DNA from: an uncultured Sphingomonadaceae bacterium
GTDB lineage: Bacteria; Pseudomonadota; Alphaproteobacteria; Sphingomonadales; Sphingomonadaceae
Assembly (NCBI GenBank): GCA_964483275.1
Contig: CAZACH010000001.1
Span: 1-36,472 of the forward strand
Length of the DNA stretch: 36,472 bases
Reading direction: 5' to 3'
The translations under genes were made by a program, and so were the position numbers. Positions 25,031 to 32,727 of this stretch are shown here, one piece after another. The notes under the pieces were generated by a model, which saw only the letters and a list, made by a program, of their open reading frames with translations, was not told the DNA's origin and made no database searches. The first letter of the stretch is position 1. Every line of letters starts with the position of its first letter.

Positions 25031-25828
25031 TCATTTGCCGGTGAAGGTCGGCCGGCGCTTTTCAATCATGGCGCTGACGGCTTCCTTGAAGTCGTCAGTG
25101 TAGGTCGTCAGCCCCTCATAAGCCACCCCGGCCTCGAACACCGAGCTGAACAGCTGGCGCAGGGCGATGTTGGTCACCGACTTGGTGTAGCGGATCGCCG
25201 TCTGCGCACCGCGCGCCAGCTTCGTGGCATAATTGTCGACGAAGGCGTCCAGCTCGGCGGCCGGCTTCGCGAAGGTGATGAGGTTGCAGCGCTCGGCCTC
25301 GACCGCGCCGATCGCCTCGCCGGTCAGCAGATAATGCTTGGCCTTGGCGAAGCCGATGAGCTGCGGCCAGATCAGCGCGCCGCCATCGCCCGCGACCAGG
25401 CCGAGCTTGACGTGCGGATCGGCGAAGCGCGCATGATCGGCGGCGATCACCACGTCGCACAGCAGCGCCACCGAGGCGCCGAAGCCGAAGGCGTCGCCAT
25501 TGACCTTGGCGATGACCGGCTTGGGGCAGTCCAATATGCCCATGACGATCCGGCGCATGCTCTTGGCTTCGTTGACGAAGGGCGGGCGGATGCCCTTGAT
25601 CTGGTCGGACAACCACTGGAAGTCGCCGCCCGCCGAAAAGGCCTTGCCGGCGCCGGTCAGCACGACGACGTCGCTGTCGGGATCGTCGGCCGCCTCGAAG
25701 AAGACGCGCGCCATTTCCTCGTGCAGCGCATGGCTGACGGCGTTCAGCAGCTCGGGACGGTTCATGGTGATGGTCAGAACCCGACCCTCGCGGCTGATCG
25801 TCAGCAGTTCGTAATTCTTGAAGTCCAT
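25031..25828 (-). CDS. Enoyl-CoA hydratase/isomerase (crotonase) family protein
   Basis: ORF 25031..26230 trimmed to ATG 25828 (SD GGGGAAGGAG). LTITMNRPELLNAV, VVVLTGAGKAFSAGGD, PVIAKVNGDAFGFGASVALLCD, and C-terminal DFKEAVSAMIEKRRPTF. Confidence 0.9.
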   Translation of the reverse strand: MDFKNYELLTISREGRVLTITMNRPELLNAVSHALHEEMARVFFEAADDPDSDVVVLTGAGKAFSAGGDFQWLSDQIKGIRPPFVNEAKSMRRIVMGILDCPKPVIAKVNGDAFGFGASVALLCDVVIAADHARFADPHVKLGLVAGDGGALIWPQLIGFAKAKHYLLTGEAIGAVEAERCNLITFAKPAAELDAFVDNYATKLARGAQTAIRYTKSVTNIALRQLFSSVFEAGVAYEGLTTYTDDFKEAVSAMIEKRRPTFTGK

Positions 25829-25872
25829 GGTGTCTCCTTCCCCTCGGGCGGGGCTGACGTATCGGCTTGCAA

Positions 25873-27087
25873 TCAGGCCGGCAAGGAAGCCGCCGGCGAC
25901 GCGGCGCGCGGGCGATAGAACAGGAAGATCGCGCCCATCGCCGCGAACGTCGCGCAGTGCATCAGGATCGTCGCGGTATAGCCGCCGGTGGCGTCGAACA
26001 TCGCCCCCGCGAGCGGACCGGCGCCGAACATGAAGGGAATCTGGAGGAAATAGCTCAGCCCCATTCCCAGCCCGATATTCGCCTCGCCCAGCCATGCGCC
26101 CATCGTCAGGCCGAACAGGGTGAGCACCGCGTTCAGGCCCGCGCCCATCAGAAAGGCCAGGATGAGCAGCAGCGGCAGGCTGCCGCCGACGACGATCAGA
26201 CCCAGCCATGGCGGGATCAGCGCGAAGCAAAGGATGGCCAGCGCCCGCCCGCCACCGACACGGTCGGCCAGCCAGCCGAACGCCGGCGCGCCGGCGACAC
26301 CGGCGATCCCGAAGGCGCTGAGCAGCAGCGCGGCGGACGGCAGGTCGAGCCCGCGCCCCATGCCGAGCGGGACGAGATGCGTCACCAGCGTCAGGCCGCC
26401 GGCCGACAGGATGCTGACGCCGAGCGTCAGGATCAGGAAGGGCGGCGCGCGGAAAATCTGTCCGGCGCTCATCAGCGGGTCGCCCGCCGTGCCGGCCGGC
26501 GCATCCGCCGCGACCAGGGCAGGCGCGGAAGCCGGCCGGTCGCGGATCAGCAACAGCAGCGGCAGCAGCGCCAGCAGCAGCACCGCTTCACCGAGGAAGG
26601 TGGCGCGCAGGCCGACGGCGCCGAGCATCGCGGCGGCGGCGAGCGGCATCACCGTGTTGCCGATCGGCATGTTGATGATGCCGAGCGCCCGCCCGCGCCC
26701 CTCGGGGAACCAGTTGGCGATGATCGCGGTGCAGGGCACGACGCTGAACAGGCAGAAGCCCGGCCCGATCATCAGCCCATAGACGACCAGCAGCGCCTCG
26801 ATGCTGGCGACGCGGCTGGCGACGAAATAACCGGCGGCGTTCAGGGCGATCCCGGCCGCCATCAGCGCCCGGATCGGCACCCGCCGCATGGCGCCGCCGA
26901 CCAGCGGCGCCAGCAGGCCGAGCGCGAGGGTGAGCATGCTGAGACCGCCCGCCGCCAGCGCCCGCGTCGTGTCGAACTCCCGCTCGACCGCTTCGACCAG
27001 CGCGCCATAGGCCGCGAAATTCACGCCGAGCGCGACGTTCAGGATAACGAACGTCACCGCGACGACCAGCCAGTTACCGCCCTTCAC
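25873..27087 (-). CDS. MFS transporter (paralog of 10775..12052)
   Basis: ORF 25873..27609 trimmed to GTG 27087 (SD AAGGGGAAG 5 nt upstream). (M)KGGNWLVVAVTFVILNVALGVNFAAYGALVEAVE.... About half the residues are identical to the first MFS by eye over the N-terminal 150 aa. Confidence 0.88.
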   Translation of the reverse strand: MKGGNWLVVAVTFVILNVALGVNFAAYGALVEAVEREFDTTRALAAGGLSMLTLALGLLAPLVGGAMRRVPIRALMAAGIALNAAGYFVASRVASIEALLVVYGLMIGPGFCLFSVVPCTAIIANWFPEGRGRALGIINMPIGNTVMPLAAAAMLGAVGLRATFLGEAVLLLALLPLLLLIRDRPASAPALVAADAPAGTAGDPLMSAGQIFRAPPFLILTLGVSILSAGGLTLVTHLVPLGMGRGLDLPSAALLLSAFGIAGVAGAPAFGWLADRVGGGRALAILCFALIPPWLGLIVVGGSLPLLLILAFLMGAGLNAVLTLFGLTMGAWLGEANIGLGMGLSYFLQIPFMFGAGPLAGAMFDATGGYTATILMHCATFAAMGAIFLFYRPRAASPAASLPA

Positions 27088-27131
27088 TCGGCTTCCCCTT
27101 TTATCTTCTTCGTTGAGATCGGTTCGCCGAG

Positions 27132-27659
27132 CTATTCGACGGAGATGTCCTCCACCGCATTGATGGAGAGAATGGACGTGGCGTGGAGCATCAACTGCGT
27201 CAGCCGTTCGACATTGTCGCGGCCCAGCCGCTGCTCGATCTGCTGGGACTGCTCGCCGGCGGCGCGGGTGAGCGGCTCGCGCATCGCCCGGCCCTGCTCG
27301 GTCAGGTGGATCATGATGACGCGGCGGTCGCCGGGCAGGCGCCTGCGTTCGATCAGGCCGGCGCGTTCCAGCCGGCTGAGCGTCTGCCCGACCGTCGCCT
27401 TGCCGATGTCCAGCCGCCGCGCCAGTTCCACCTGCGACAACGGCTCGTTGAACCACAATTCGCCAAGCACATAGGATTGGGCGGGCGCGACGCCGGTGTC
27501 GCCGATGCGGGACAGATAATCGTTCTGCAACAGCCGGGCGAGGAACTGCGCCTGATAGGCCATGGACAGCTTGATGTTCGGGTGTTCGTCCGGCGATCCA
27601 TCGCCACAAGGCGCCTCCGGCACGATCCGTGCCGCGCTCGACGATCGACTGCTACCCAT
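27132..27659 (-). CDS. MarR-family transcriptional regulator
   Basis: ORF 27132..27701. Start placed at ATG 27659 (SD GGGGAAG 8 nt upstream); ATG 27563 is the alternative. Winged HTH: LSQVELARRLDIGKATVGQTLSRLERAGLIERRRLPGDRRVIMIHLTEQG. Confidence 0.85.
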   Translation of the reverse strand: MGSSRSSSAARIVPEAPCGDGSPDEHPNIKLSMAYQAQFLARLLQNDYLSRIGDTGVAPAQSYVLGELWFNEPLSQVELARRLDIGKATVGQTLSRLERAGLIERRRLPGDRRVIMIHLTEQGRAMREPLTRAAGEQSQQIEQRLGRDNVERLTQLMLHATSILSINAVEDISVE

Positions 27660-27747
27660 CGGCAAAACTTCCCCGTTGACTGTCTTTTTCGGACCTAACA
27701 CCGGCTATATGGCCTTGTCTCGCATGATCTGGCCAATCCCGCCTGGA

Positions 27748-27865
27748 GTTTGTCCGGTTTGGACGGCGCCAGCCCGCTCCCCCACCCGGCCACCCATAGA
27801 ATATAGCCGTTGGGTGGCCGGGTGGGGGAGCGGGCTGGCGCCGATTCCGCGCGAAGCGGACAAAC
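27748..27865. repeat. Large composite hairpin: perfect 33-bp inner stem plus 9-bp outer stem
   Basis: Inner arms CGGCGCCAGCCCGCTCCCCCACCCGGCCACCCA (27764-27796) and 27811-27843 are exact reverse complements, with a 14-nt AT-rich loop TAGAATATAGCCGT. Outer arms are GTTTGTCCG (27748-27756) and CGGACAAAC (27857-27865). The element starts 2 nt after the Rieske-oxygenase stop codon (27867-27869). Confidence 0.8.
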
Positions 27866-27866
27866 C

Positions 27867-29189
27867 CTAGGCCGCCGACCGCGCGCTGCGCGGCCGTGGG
27901 CGATAGCCGGCGATATAGCGGTCGATCATCGCATGATATTGCGCGATGCGGCGCTCCTGCCCGGCGAGCAGCGCCCCGCGATAGCCGCGCGAGTTCATCG
28001 CGAGCTGCTGGCCGGCCATCACCCAGGCATCGCCGTCCAGCACGACGCCCAGGCTTTTCTCGCCATAGTCGATCAGCTCGCGCTCGACGCGGTCGAGGGT
28101 CTCGTCGCCCTCCCTGGTGACAAGCTCGATATGCGAGCTTTTGCCGCCGAAATTATAATACCAGCTGTCGAAGATGCATTTCTGCGGATCGGTCGGATGC
28201 GGCATCGCGCGCAGGAACAACATGCCGTCGGCATTCAGCGACGTCGCGAAATTGGGGAAGACCGTATAGTGGAAGACGTCGGTCAGCTGATCGTCGCTCA
28301 GCCGGTCATAATGGGCAAAGCCCCGCTCCTTGCCGAGCCGCCGCTTCTGCTGCTGGACGGCGCGGCGCGCATCGCGTTCCCGGCCGGCGAAATCGTCGGG
28401 GTTCAAGTCCCAGCGCCGCAGGTCGGTGGCGATCGCCTCCGTCATCCGCGGCTTGTGCTCCGGCAGGCGATGCGCGGGCAGGCAGCACTGCGTCTGGCCC
28501 AGCGCATGGCCGTTGTCGTACAGCTCGATGCGCGTCTCCAGATAGCTGTCCTCGGCATATTCAATGCCTTCCGGGTGGGCGGTCGGCAGGTGATAGGTCT
28601 CGTGGAAATTGTCGAGAAGCAGCTTCCAGTTGCACGGCATGCGCACCGACAGCGCCTGCACCCGGGTCATGTTCTCCAGCGGATAGGCCATCCACTCGTC
28701 GCGAATGGGGCCGAGAAATTCGTCGAGCGGGACGCAGTCGGGGTCCATGTTGATCCACACGAACCCGGCGAAGACCTCGCAGCGCACCGGGACCAGCGAT
28801 GCCTGCGCGCAGACGTCGCCCGCAAAATCCTCCGGGTCCTGCGCATAGCTGCACCGGCCGTCCAGCTCGAACCGCCAGCTGTGATAGGGGCAGGTGAAGG
28901 ACGGCATGCTGCCCTCCGGCTCCAGCACCAGGCGGTTTCCGCGATGCTGGCAGACATTGTAGAAGGCCTTGATCGACCCGTCCTCCTGCCGGACGATCAG
29001 GATCGACTCGCGGCCGACCTCCTCCAGCAGATAGTCGCCGGCCTCGGGCAGATCATCGGCGCGCACGGTGATGAGCCAGCTGCTCGTCCAGACATTCTCC
29101 CATTCGGCTTCCATGAAGGCCGTGGACGTATAGCGCTCGCCGCCAAGCGGCCGATTGGCGTTGGCCGCCCGCTCGATCCCGTGGGTCAT
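27867..29189 (-). CDS. Rieske non-heme iron oxygenase, alpha (catalytic) subunit
   Basis: ORF 27867..29201. ATG 29189 is preferred (GGAGAG 4-6 nt upstream). Rieske centre CQHRGNRL...CPYHSWRF. Mononuclear iron site NWKLLLDNFHETYHLPTAHP. No beta-subunit gene is adjacent. Confidence 0.9.
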   Translation of the reverse strand: MTHGIERAANANRPLGGERYTSTAFMEAEWENVWTSSWLITVRADDLPEAGDYLLEEVGRESILIVRQEDGSIKAFYNVCQHRGNRLVLEPEGSMPSFTCPYHSWRFELDGRCSYAQDPEDFAGDVCAQASLVPVRCEVFAGFVWINMDPDCVPLDEFLGPIRDEWMAYPLENMTRVQALSVRMPCNWKLLLDNFHETYHLPTAHPEGIEYAEDSYLETRIELYDNGHALGQTQCCLPAHRLPEHKPRMTEAIATDLRRWDLNPDDFAGRERDARRAVQQQKRRLGKERGFAHYDRLSDDQLTDVFHYTVFPNFATSLNADGMLFLRAMPHPTDPQKCIFDSWYYNFGGKSSHIELVTREGDETLDRVERELIDYGEKSLGVVLDGDAWVMAGQQLAMNSRGYRGALLAGQERRIAQYHAMIDRYIAGYRPRPRSARSAA

Positions 29190-29221
29190 GTCACTCTCCA
29201 TCGCATTTGTCGTTCGTATCT

Positions 29222-29235
29222 GTATGTAGACATAC
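29222..29235. promoter_or_regulatory. Palindrome GTATGT-AG-ACATAC in the divergent oxygenase/kinase-fold intergenic region
   Basis: Perfect 6-2-6 inverted repeat, 33 bp upstream of the oxygenase start, in the only AT-rich patch of the 195-bp spacer. Candidate operator; the binding regulator is unknown. Confidence 0.3.
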
Positions 29236-29384
29236 TATCGAAGTTGGGCGCCGAGACAATCCCCGCCGCGCGAACAGCCACACGGCCGACCAAGGACTTG
29301 CGAGCCGCTGCCTGATCGACGATTGGAGGGGCAGCGGGGATCGGACGCCCCCGGTCTGGCAGTCAGGAAAGGCGGAACAATCGC

Positions 29385-30785
29385 ATGAGCATGGCCCAAT
29401 ATCTCTGGAGCGCGGCGACGGCGCTGCGGCTGCAAGTCCGACCGGCGGTCGAGGAAAACAGCGCGCGCGACGCGCTGGACAACAGCATCCGGGTCTTGAC
29501 GGCCGTCGCCAACGCGCTGGAGCCGGAAGCCGCCGCGCCGCCGCCGCCGGCGCTTGCCGGCCGGGCAGAGGCCGCCACCGACCATCTGGGCGGTCCGCCC
29601 GAAAATGCCGCCGCGCGCCGCGCCAGCGGCACGGCGATCGCCGAGGTCGCAGCCGGTTTCGAGAAGAACGGCGATATCGCATCGGACGAAGCGCGCGCCG
29701 CCATCGCCTGGGAAAAGGCGATGCTCGACGCGAGCGTCGCCGCCTTCGACGCCGTCGAACGCGCCCTGCCCGCCACCGAGGTCGATCCGGCGCAGAATAT
29801 TGATCCGGCGGCGCTTGAGCGGTTCCTGCGCGGCTGGAGCGGCAACCAGGCGCTGGCCGTCGAGGAGTTCAAGCTGGTCGTCGGCGGCCGTTCGCGCCAG
29901 ACGGCGCTGTTCAAGGTCGCCAATGCGCCCGATCTGCCCGCCGCCCTCGTCGTGCAGCGCGGTATCCCCGGCCTCGTCGGATTTGCCAGCGAGAGGTTGC
30001 AGTTCAACCTGCTGAGCACGCTTCGCGACGCCGGCATGCGGGTGCCCCGCCCGATTCTGGTGGAGGAGGCCAGCGAGCATCTGGGCGCGCCGTTCATGAT
30101 CGTCGAACGGTCGCCGGGCAGCCCGGTGCTGACCGATTACTGGGGCGGGCCGGATTCCGAGGGCGTCATCCTCGACCTCGCGCGCGAAATGGCGCTGCTC
30201 CATGCCCAGCCGCTGGGCGCGCTGGCGGACCAGCTGCCGCAGTCCCGGCAAAGCTATGACATCGAAGGCTGGAAGGCCGAGCTGGAGACGCTGGCCAATG
30301 ACTGGAACAGCCTCGCCCACTGGCCGTCGGTCACGATGTCGGCGGTGATCGCGTGGCTGCGCGCCAATGTCGATTGCCTCGACGACCGCCGCGGCATCGT
30401 CCACAACGACATGGTGTTCCACAACATCCTGGCGGAAGACGGCCGGATCTCCGCGATCCTCGACTGGGAACAGGTCAGCATCGGCCATCCGGGCGAAGAC
30501 CTCGGCTATTGCTATCCCTATGTCGCGCCCGCGATCGACTGGGACAAGTTCCTCGCCGCCTACCGCGCCGCCGGCGGCCCCGACATCCCGCAGCGGCAGA
30601 TCTCCTATTTCGCGCTGCGCGCCGGCCTGCGCCTGATGATCCTGGTCATGCAGGGCGGCCGCGATACGTTCGAGAAGGGCCAGAACGACAATGTGCTGGT
30701 CGCCAGCGCCGGCGCCCACTTCACGCAGCGGCTGCTGCATCGCGTCGCGGGCGTGCTGGCATCGGTGCTCGACCGCGCCGACTGA
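29385..30785 (+). CDS. Phosphotransferase (APH/choline-kinase fold) family protein with a roughly 140-aa N-terminal extension
   Basis: 466 aa. The kinase-fold region begins near aa 144: LERFLRGWSGNQALAVEEFKLVVGGRSRQTALFKV aligns with the N-terminus of the 1904..2959 product. Catalytic loop intact: IVHNDMVFHN (H340, D342, N347; D342 codon at 30408-30410) and ILDWEQVSIGHPGEDLG (D360). Confidence 0.85.
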   Translation: MSMAQYLWSAATALRLQVRPAVEENSARDALDNSIRVLTAVANALEPEAAAPPPPALAGRAEAATDHLGGPPENAAARRASGTAIAEVAAGFEKNGDIASDEARAAIAWEKAMLDASVAAFDAVERALPATEVDPAQNIDPAALERFLRGWSGNQALAVEEFKLVVGGRSRQTALFKVANAPDLPAALVVQRGIPGLVGFASERLQFNLLSTLRDAGMRVPRPILVEEASEHLGAPFMIVERSPGSPVLTDYWGGPDSEGVILDLAREMALLHAQPLGALADQLPQSRQSYDIEGWKAELETLANDWNSLAHWPSVTMSAVIAWLRANVDCLDDRRGIVHNDMVFHNILAEDGRISAILDWEQVSIGHPGEDLGYCYPYVAPAIDWDKFLAAYRAAGGPDIPQRQISYFALRAGLRLMILVMQGGRDTFEKGQNDNVLVASAGAHFTQRLLHRVAGVLASVLDRAD

Positions 30786-30795
30786 GTTCCGGGCG

Positions 30796-30830
30796 GGCCG
30801 GCGGGGCGCGACAGCCACCCCCCGCCGGCC
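30796..30830. terminator. GC hairpin between convergent genes (possible bidirectional terminator)
   Basis: GGCCGGCGGGG (30796-30806) pairs perfectly with CCCCGCCGGCC (30820-30830), with a 13-nt loop. It lies in the 58-bp gap between stops at 30785 (+) and 30844 (-). No U-tract. Confidence 0.45.
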
Positions 30831-30843
30831 GCTCAGGCGTGGA

Positions 30844-31224
30844 TCAGCCGAGCGCTTCCATCTGCGCCTGGAACTGCGCGGCGTCGAAATAGTCGCGCCA
30901 CCGGGCGATCTTGCCGTCGCGCAGCTCGAACGTGCCCATCACGGGTATTTCAAGCCAGCGCCCCTTGATCCGGAAGCGGTCGACGCGCTCGGTCAGCACG
31001 GCGCCGTCCGACGTTTCGGCGGCATGGCTGACGACCCACTCGATCTCCTCCGCGTCGCCCAGGAACACCGCGAGGCCCGCGCGGATTTCGGCATGGCCGT
31101 TCATCGGCGCCCACGGAATATTATGGTAGAAGCAATCCTCCGTCATCGCCGCGACGATCTTGTCGAGATCGCGCGTCTTCCAGAGCGCGATGAAGGCCAT
31201 GACATTATCCAGATTACGGCTCAT
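30844..31224 (-). CDS. Limonene-1,2-epoxide hydrolase-like (NTF2-fold) protein
   Basis: 126 aa, SD GGGAGAG. VMAFIALWKTRDLDKIVAAMTEDCFYHNIPWAPMNG...VLTERVDRFRIKGRWLEIPVMGTFELRDGKIARWRDYFD follows the LEH-family wording I recall (..YHN.P..., ERVD.F, WRDYFD). Confidence 0.7.
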   Translation of the reverse strand: MSRNLDNVMAFIALWKTRDLDKIVAAMTEDCFYHNIPWAPMNGHAEIRAGLAVFLGDAEEIEWVVSHAAETSDGAVLTERVDRFRIKGRWLEIPVMGTFELRDGKIARWRDYFDAAQFQAQMEALG

Positions 31225-31250
31225 TTCGACTCTCCCGTCTGTCGGACAAT

Positions 31251-31760
31251 TCAGGTTTTCTGGATGAGGGCGCGGATATTCGCCTTGACCCTCGCCAAAG
31301 TCTCCTCGGTGATGCGCTGTTCTTCGCGCGACACGCCGGCCAGGATCGAACGATTGAGCTTCGTGCCGACCTTCTGCATCTGGGCGATCACCTCGAAGCC
31401 CTTGTCGGTGATATAGACCCGGCGCGCGCGGCGATCGGCCGGGTCCATCCGGCGCTCGACATAGCCCTGCGCCTGCAGGCGGTCGATCAGGCCGCCGATC
31501 GTCACCTTGCCGAGGTCCATGAACCGCGAAATCTCGACCTGCATCATCCCTTCATGCTTCGAGCGCGACAGCACCGCCAGCACCGACCATTGCGAGCGCG
31601 TGATCCCCAGCGGGCGCATCGCGTCGTCGAACAGCGTGCGCCGCATGCGCGACACGTCATGGACAAGGAAGCCGAAACGGAAGGGCTTGGCGGCCGGCTT
31701 GGGACGGCGGGCGCCCGATGATCCGGCCTTGTCCGCCTGACCGGTCTTGCTTGAACTCAT
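31251..31760 (-). CDS. MarR-family transcriptional regulator
   Basis: ORF 31251..31853 trimmed to ATG 31760. ITRSQWSVLAVLSRSKHEGMMQVEISRFMDLGKVTIGGLIDRLQAQGYVERRMDPADRRARRVYITDKG. Lies 26 bp upstream of the LEH-like gene on the same strand. Confidence 0.85.
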   Translation of the reverse strand: MSSSKTGQADKAGSSGARRPKPAAKPFRFGFLVHDVSRMRRTLFDDAMRPLGITRSQWSVLAVLSRSKHEGMMQVEISRFMDLGKVTIGGLIDRLQAQGYVERRMDPADRRARRVYITDKGFEVIAQMQKVGTKLNRSILAGVSREEQRITEETLARVKANIRALIQKT

Positions 31761-31844
31761 GTCCCGAAACGGCTCCCCCGAGATTGCCCGGCCATGCTTA
31801 TCAGATCGTCGGGGGCGGGCAATGTCGCAAACGAAGGCTTGCCG

Positions 31845-31857
31845 GCATATCATATGC
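31845..31857. promoter_or_regulatory. Palindrome GCATAT-C-ATATGC in the divergent MarR/SDR-operon region
   Basis: Perfect 6-1-6 inverted repeat in the 153-bp spacer between the MarR start (31760) and the SDR start (31914). Candidate MarR operator. Confidence 0.3.
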
Positions 31858-31913
31858 TGCTACACGATTTCCGCCGGCGCGGAGACGCCGGCACGGCAGC
31901 GGAGGCGAAAAGC

Positions 31914-32693
31914 ATGGCAACCCAGGCATCGGCGCGCGAGCTTGAAGGCCGGGTCGCGATCGTCACCGGCGCGGGGCAGGGCATCGGCCAGGGCGCGGCG
32001 GTCGCGCTTGCACGGGCCGGCGCGCGCGTCGCGATCGCCAGCAAGACCGGCGCGAAGCTCGACGACACGCGCGCCCTCATCGAAGCGGCCGGCGGCCAGT
32101 GCCTCGCCATCGAAGGCGATGTCGGCAGCGAACGGGACATCGCCGCGATCGTCGAGCGGACGCTGGCGGCGTTCGACGGCATCGACATATTGGTCAACAA
32201 TGCGCAGCAGGCCGCGCTCGGCCCGCTGCTCGACCTCAGCGACGCGGAGTACCGGCTGACCTTCGACACCGGGCCGCTGGCGGTTTTCCGCATGATGAAG
32301 GCCTGCCACCCGGCGATGAAGGCGCGCGGCGGCGGCTCGGTCATCAACTTCGCCAGCTCCGCCGCCATTGCGTGGAACACCAGCGGCGCCGGCATCTATG
32401 GCTCGATGAAGCAGGCGATCCGCGCGCTCGGCCGCGCGGCGGCCTCCGAATGGGGGCCGGACGGCATCCGGGTCAACACCATCGCGCCGCTCGCCGCCTC
32501 GCCGTCCTTCAAGGGCTGGCTCGACGCCCTGCCGCAGGGGCCGGACGAGTATCTCGCGACCATTCCCCTGGGCCGCGTCGGCGATCCGGAAACCGACATC
32601 GGCGAAGCCATCGTCTTCCTTGCCGGCCCGCGCTCGCGCTACATCACCGGCGCGACCATTCCCGTCGACGGCGGCCAGGCCAATTTCGGCTGA
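31914..32693 (+). CDS. SDR family oxidoreductase
   Basis: ORF 31794..32693 trimmed to ATG 31914 (SD GGAGG 8 nt upstream). VAIVTGAGQGIGQGAA, NNAQ, YGSMKQA (YxxxK), YITGATIPVDGG. Confidence 0.9.
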   Translation: MATQASARELEGRVAIVTGAGQGIGQGAAVALARAGARVAIASKTGAKLDDTRALIEAAGGQCLAIEGDVGSERDIAAIVERTLAAFDGIDILVNNAQQAALGPLLDLSDAEYRLTFDTGPLAVFRMMKACHPAMKARGGGSVINFASSAAIAWNTSGAGIYGSMKQAIRALGRAAASEWGPDGIRVNTIAPLAASPSFKGWLDALPQGPDEYLATIPLGRVGDPETDIGEAIVFLAGPRSRYITGATIPVDGGQANFG

Positions 32694-32727
32694 GCCGCCA
32701 AGGACGATCCCACGGAGCGAGACCAGA

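Noticed and set aside
24332-27474. + strand ORFs 24332..25918 (528 aa) and 25867..27474 (535 aa, with a QQQRQQRQQQ tract)
   Set aside because: They run antisense to the NTF2-like, crotonase and MFS genes. The Gln/Arg/Asp-rich tract is the mirror of the Leu/Ala-rich transmembrane helices of the MFS on the other strand.
25031-27701. Long N-terminal extensions in the ORF track (for example 25031..26230, 25873..27609, 27132..27701; also 3344.., 8025..10616, 15729..16979, 31794.., 32620.., 33612..)
   Set aside because: The extensions overlap the upstream gene or intergenic DNA and are Arg/Pro-rich. Internal ATG or GTG starts preceded by good SD sequences give proteins of normal family length, so starts were trimmed.
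27810-30818. ORFs 27810..29315 (+, 501 aa) and 29235..30818 (-, 527 aa)
   Set aside because: These are shadows of the Rieske oxygenase and the second kinase-fold gene. The first even initiates inside the 33-bp hairpin arm.
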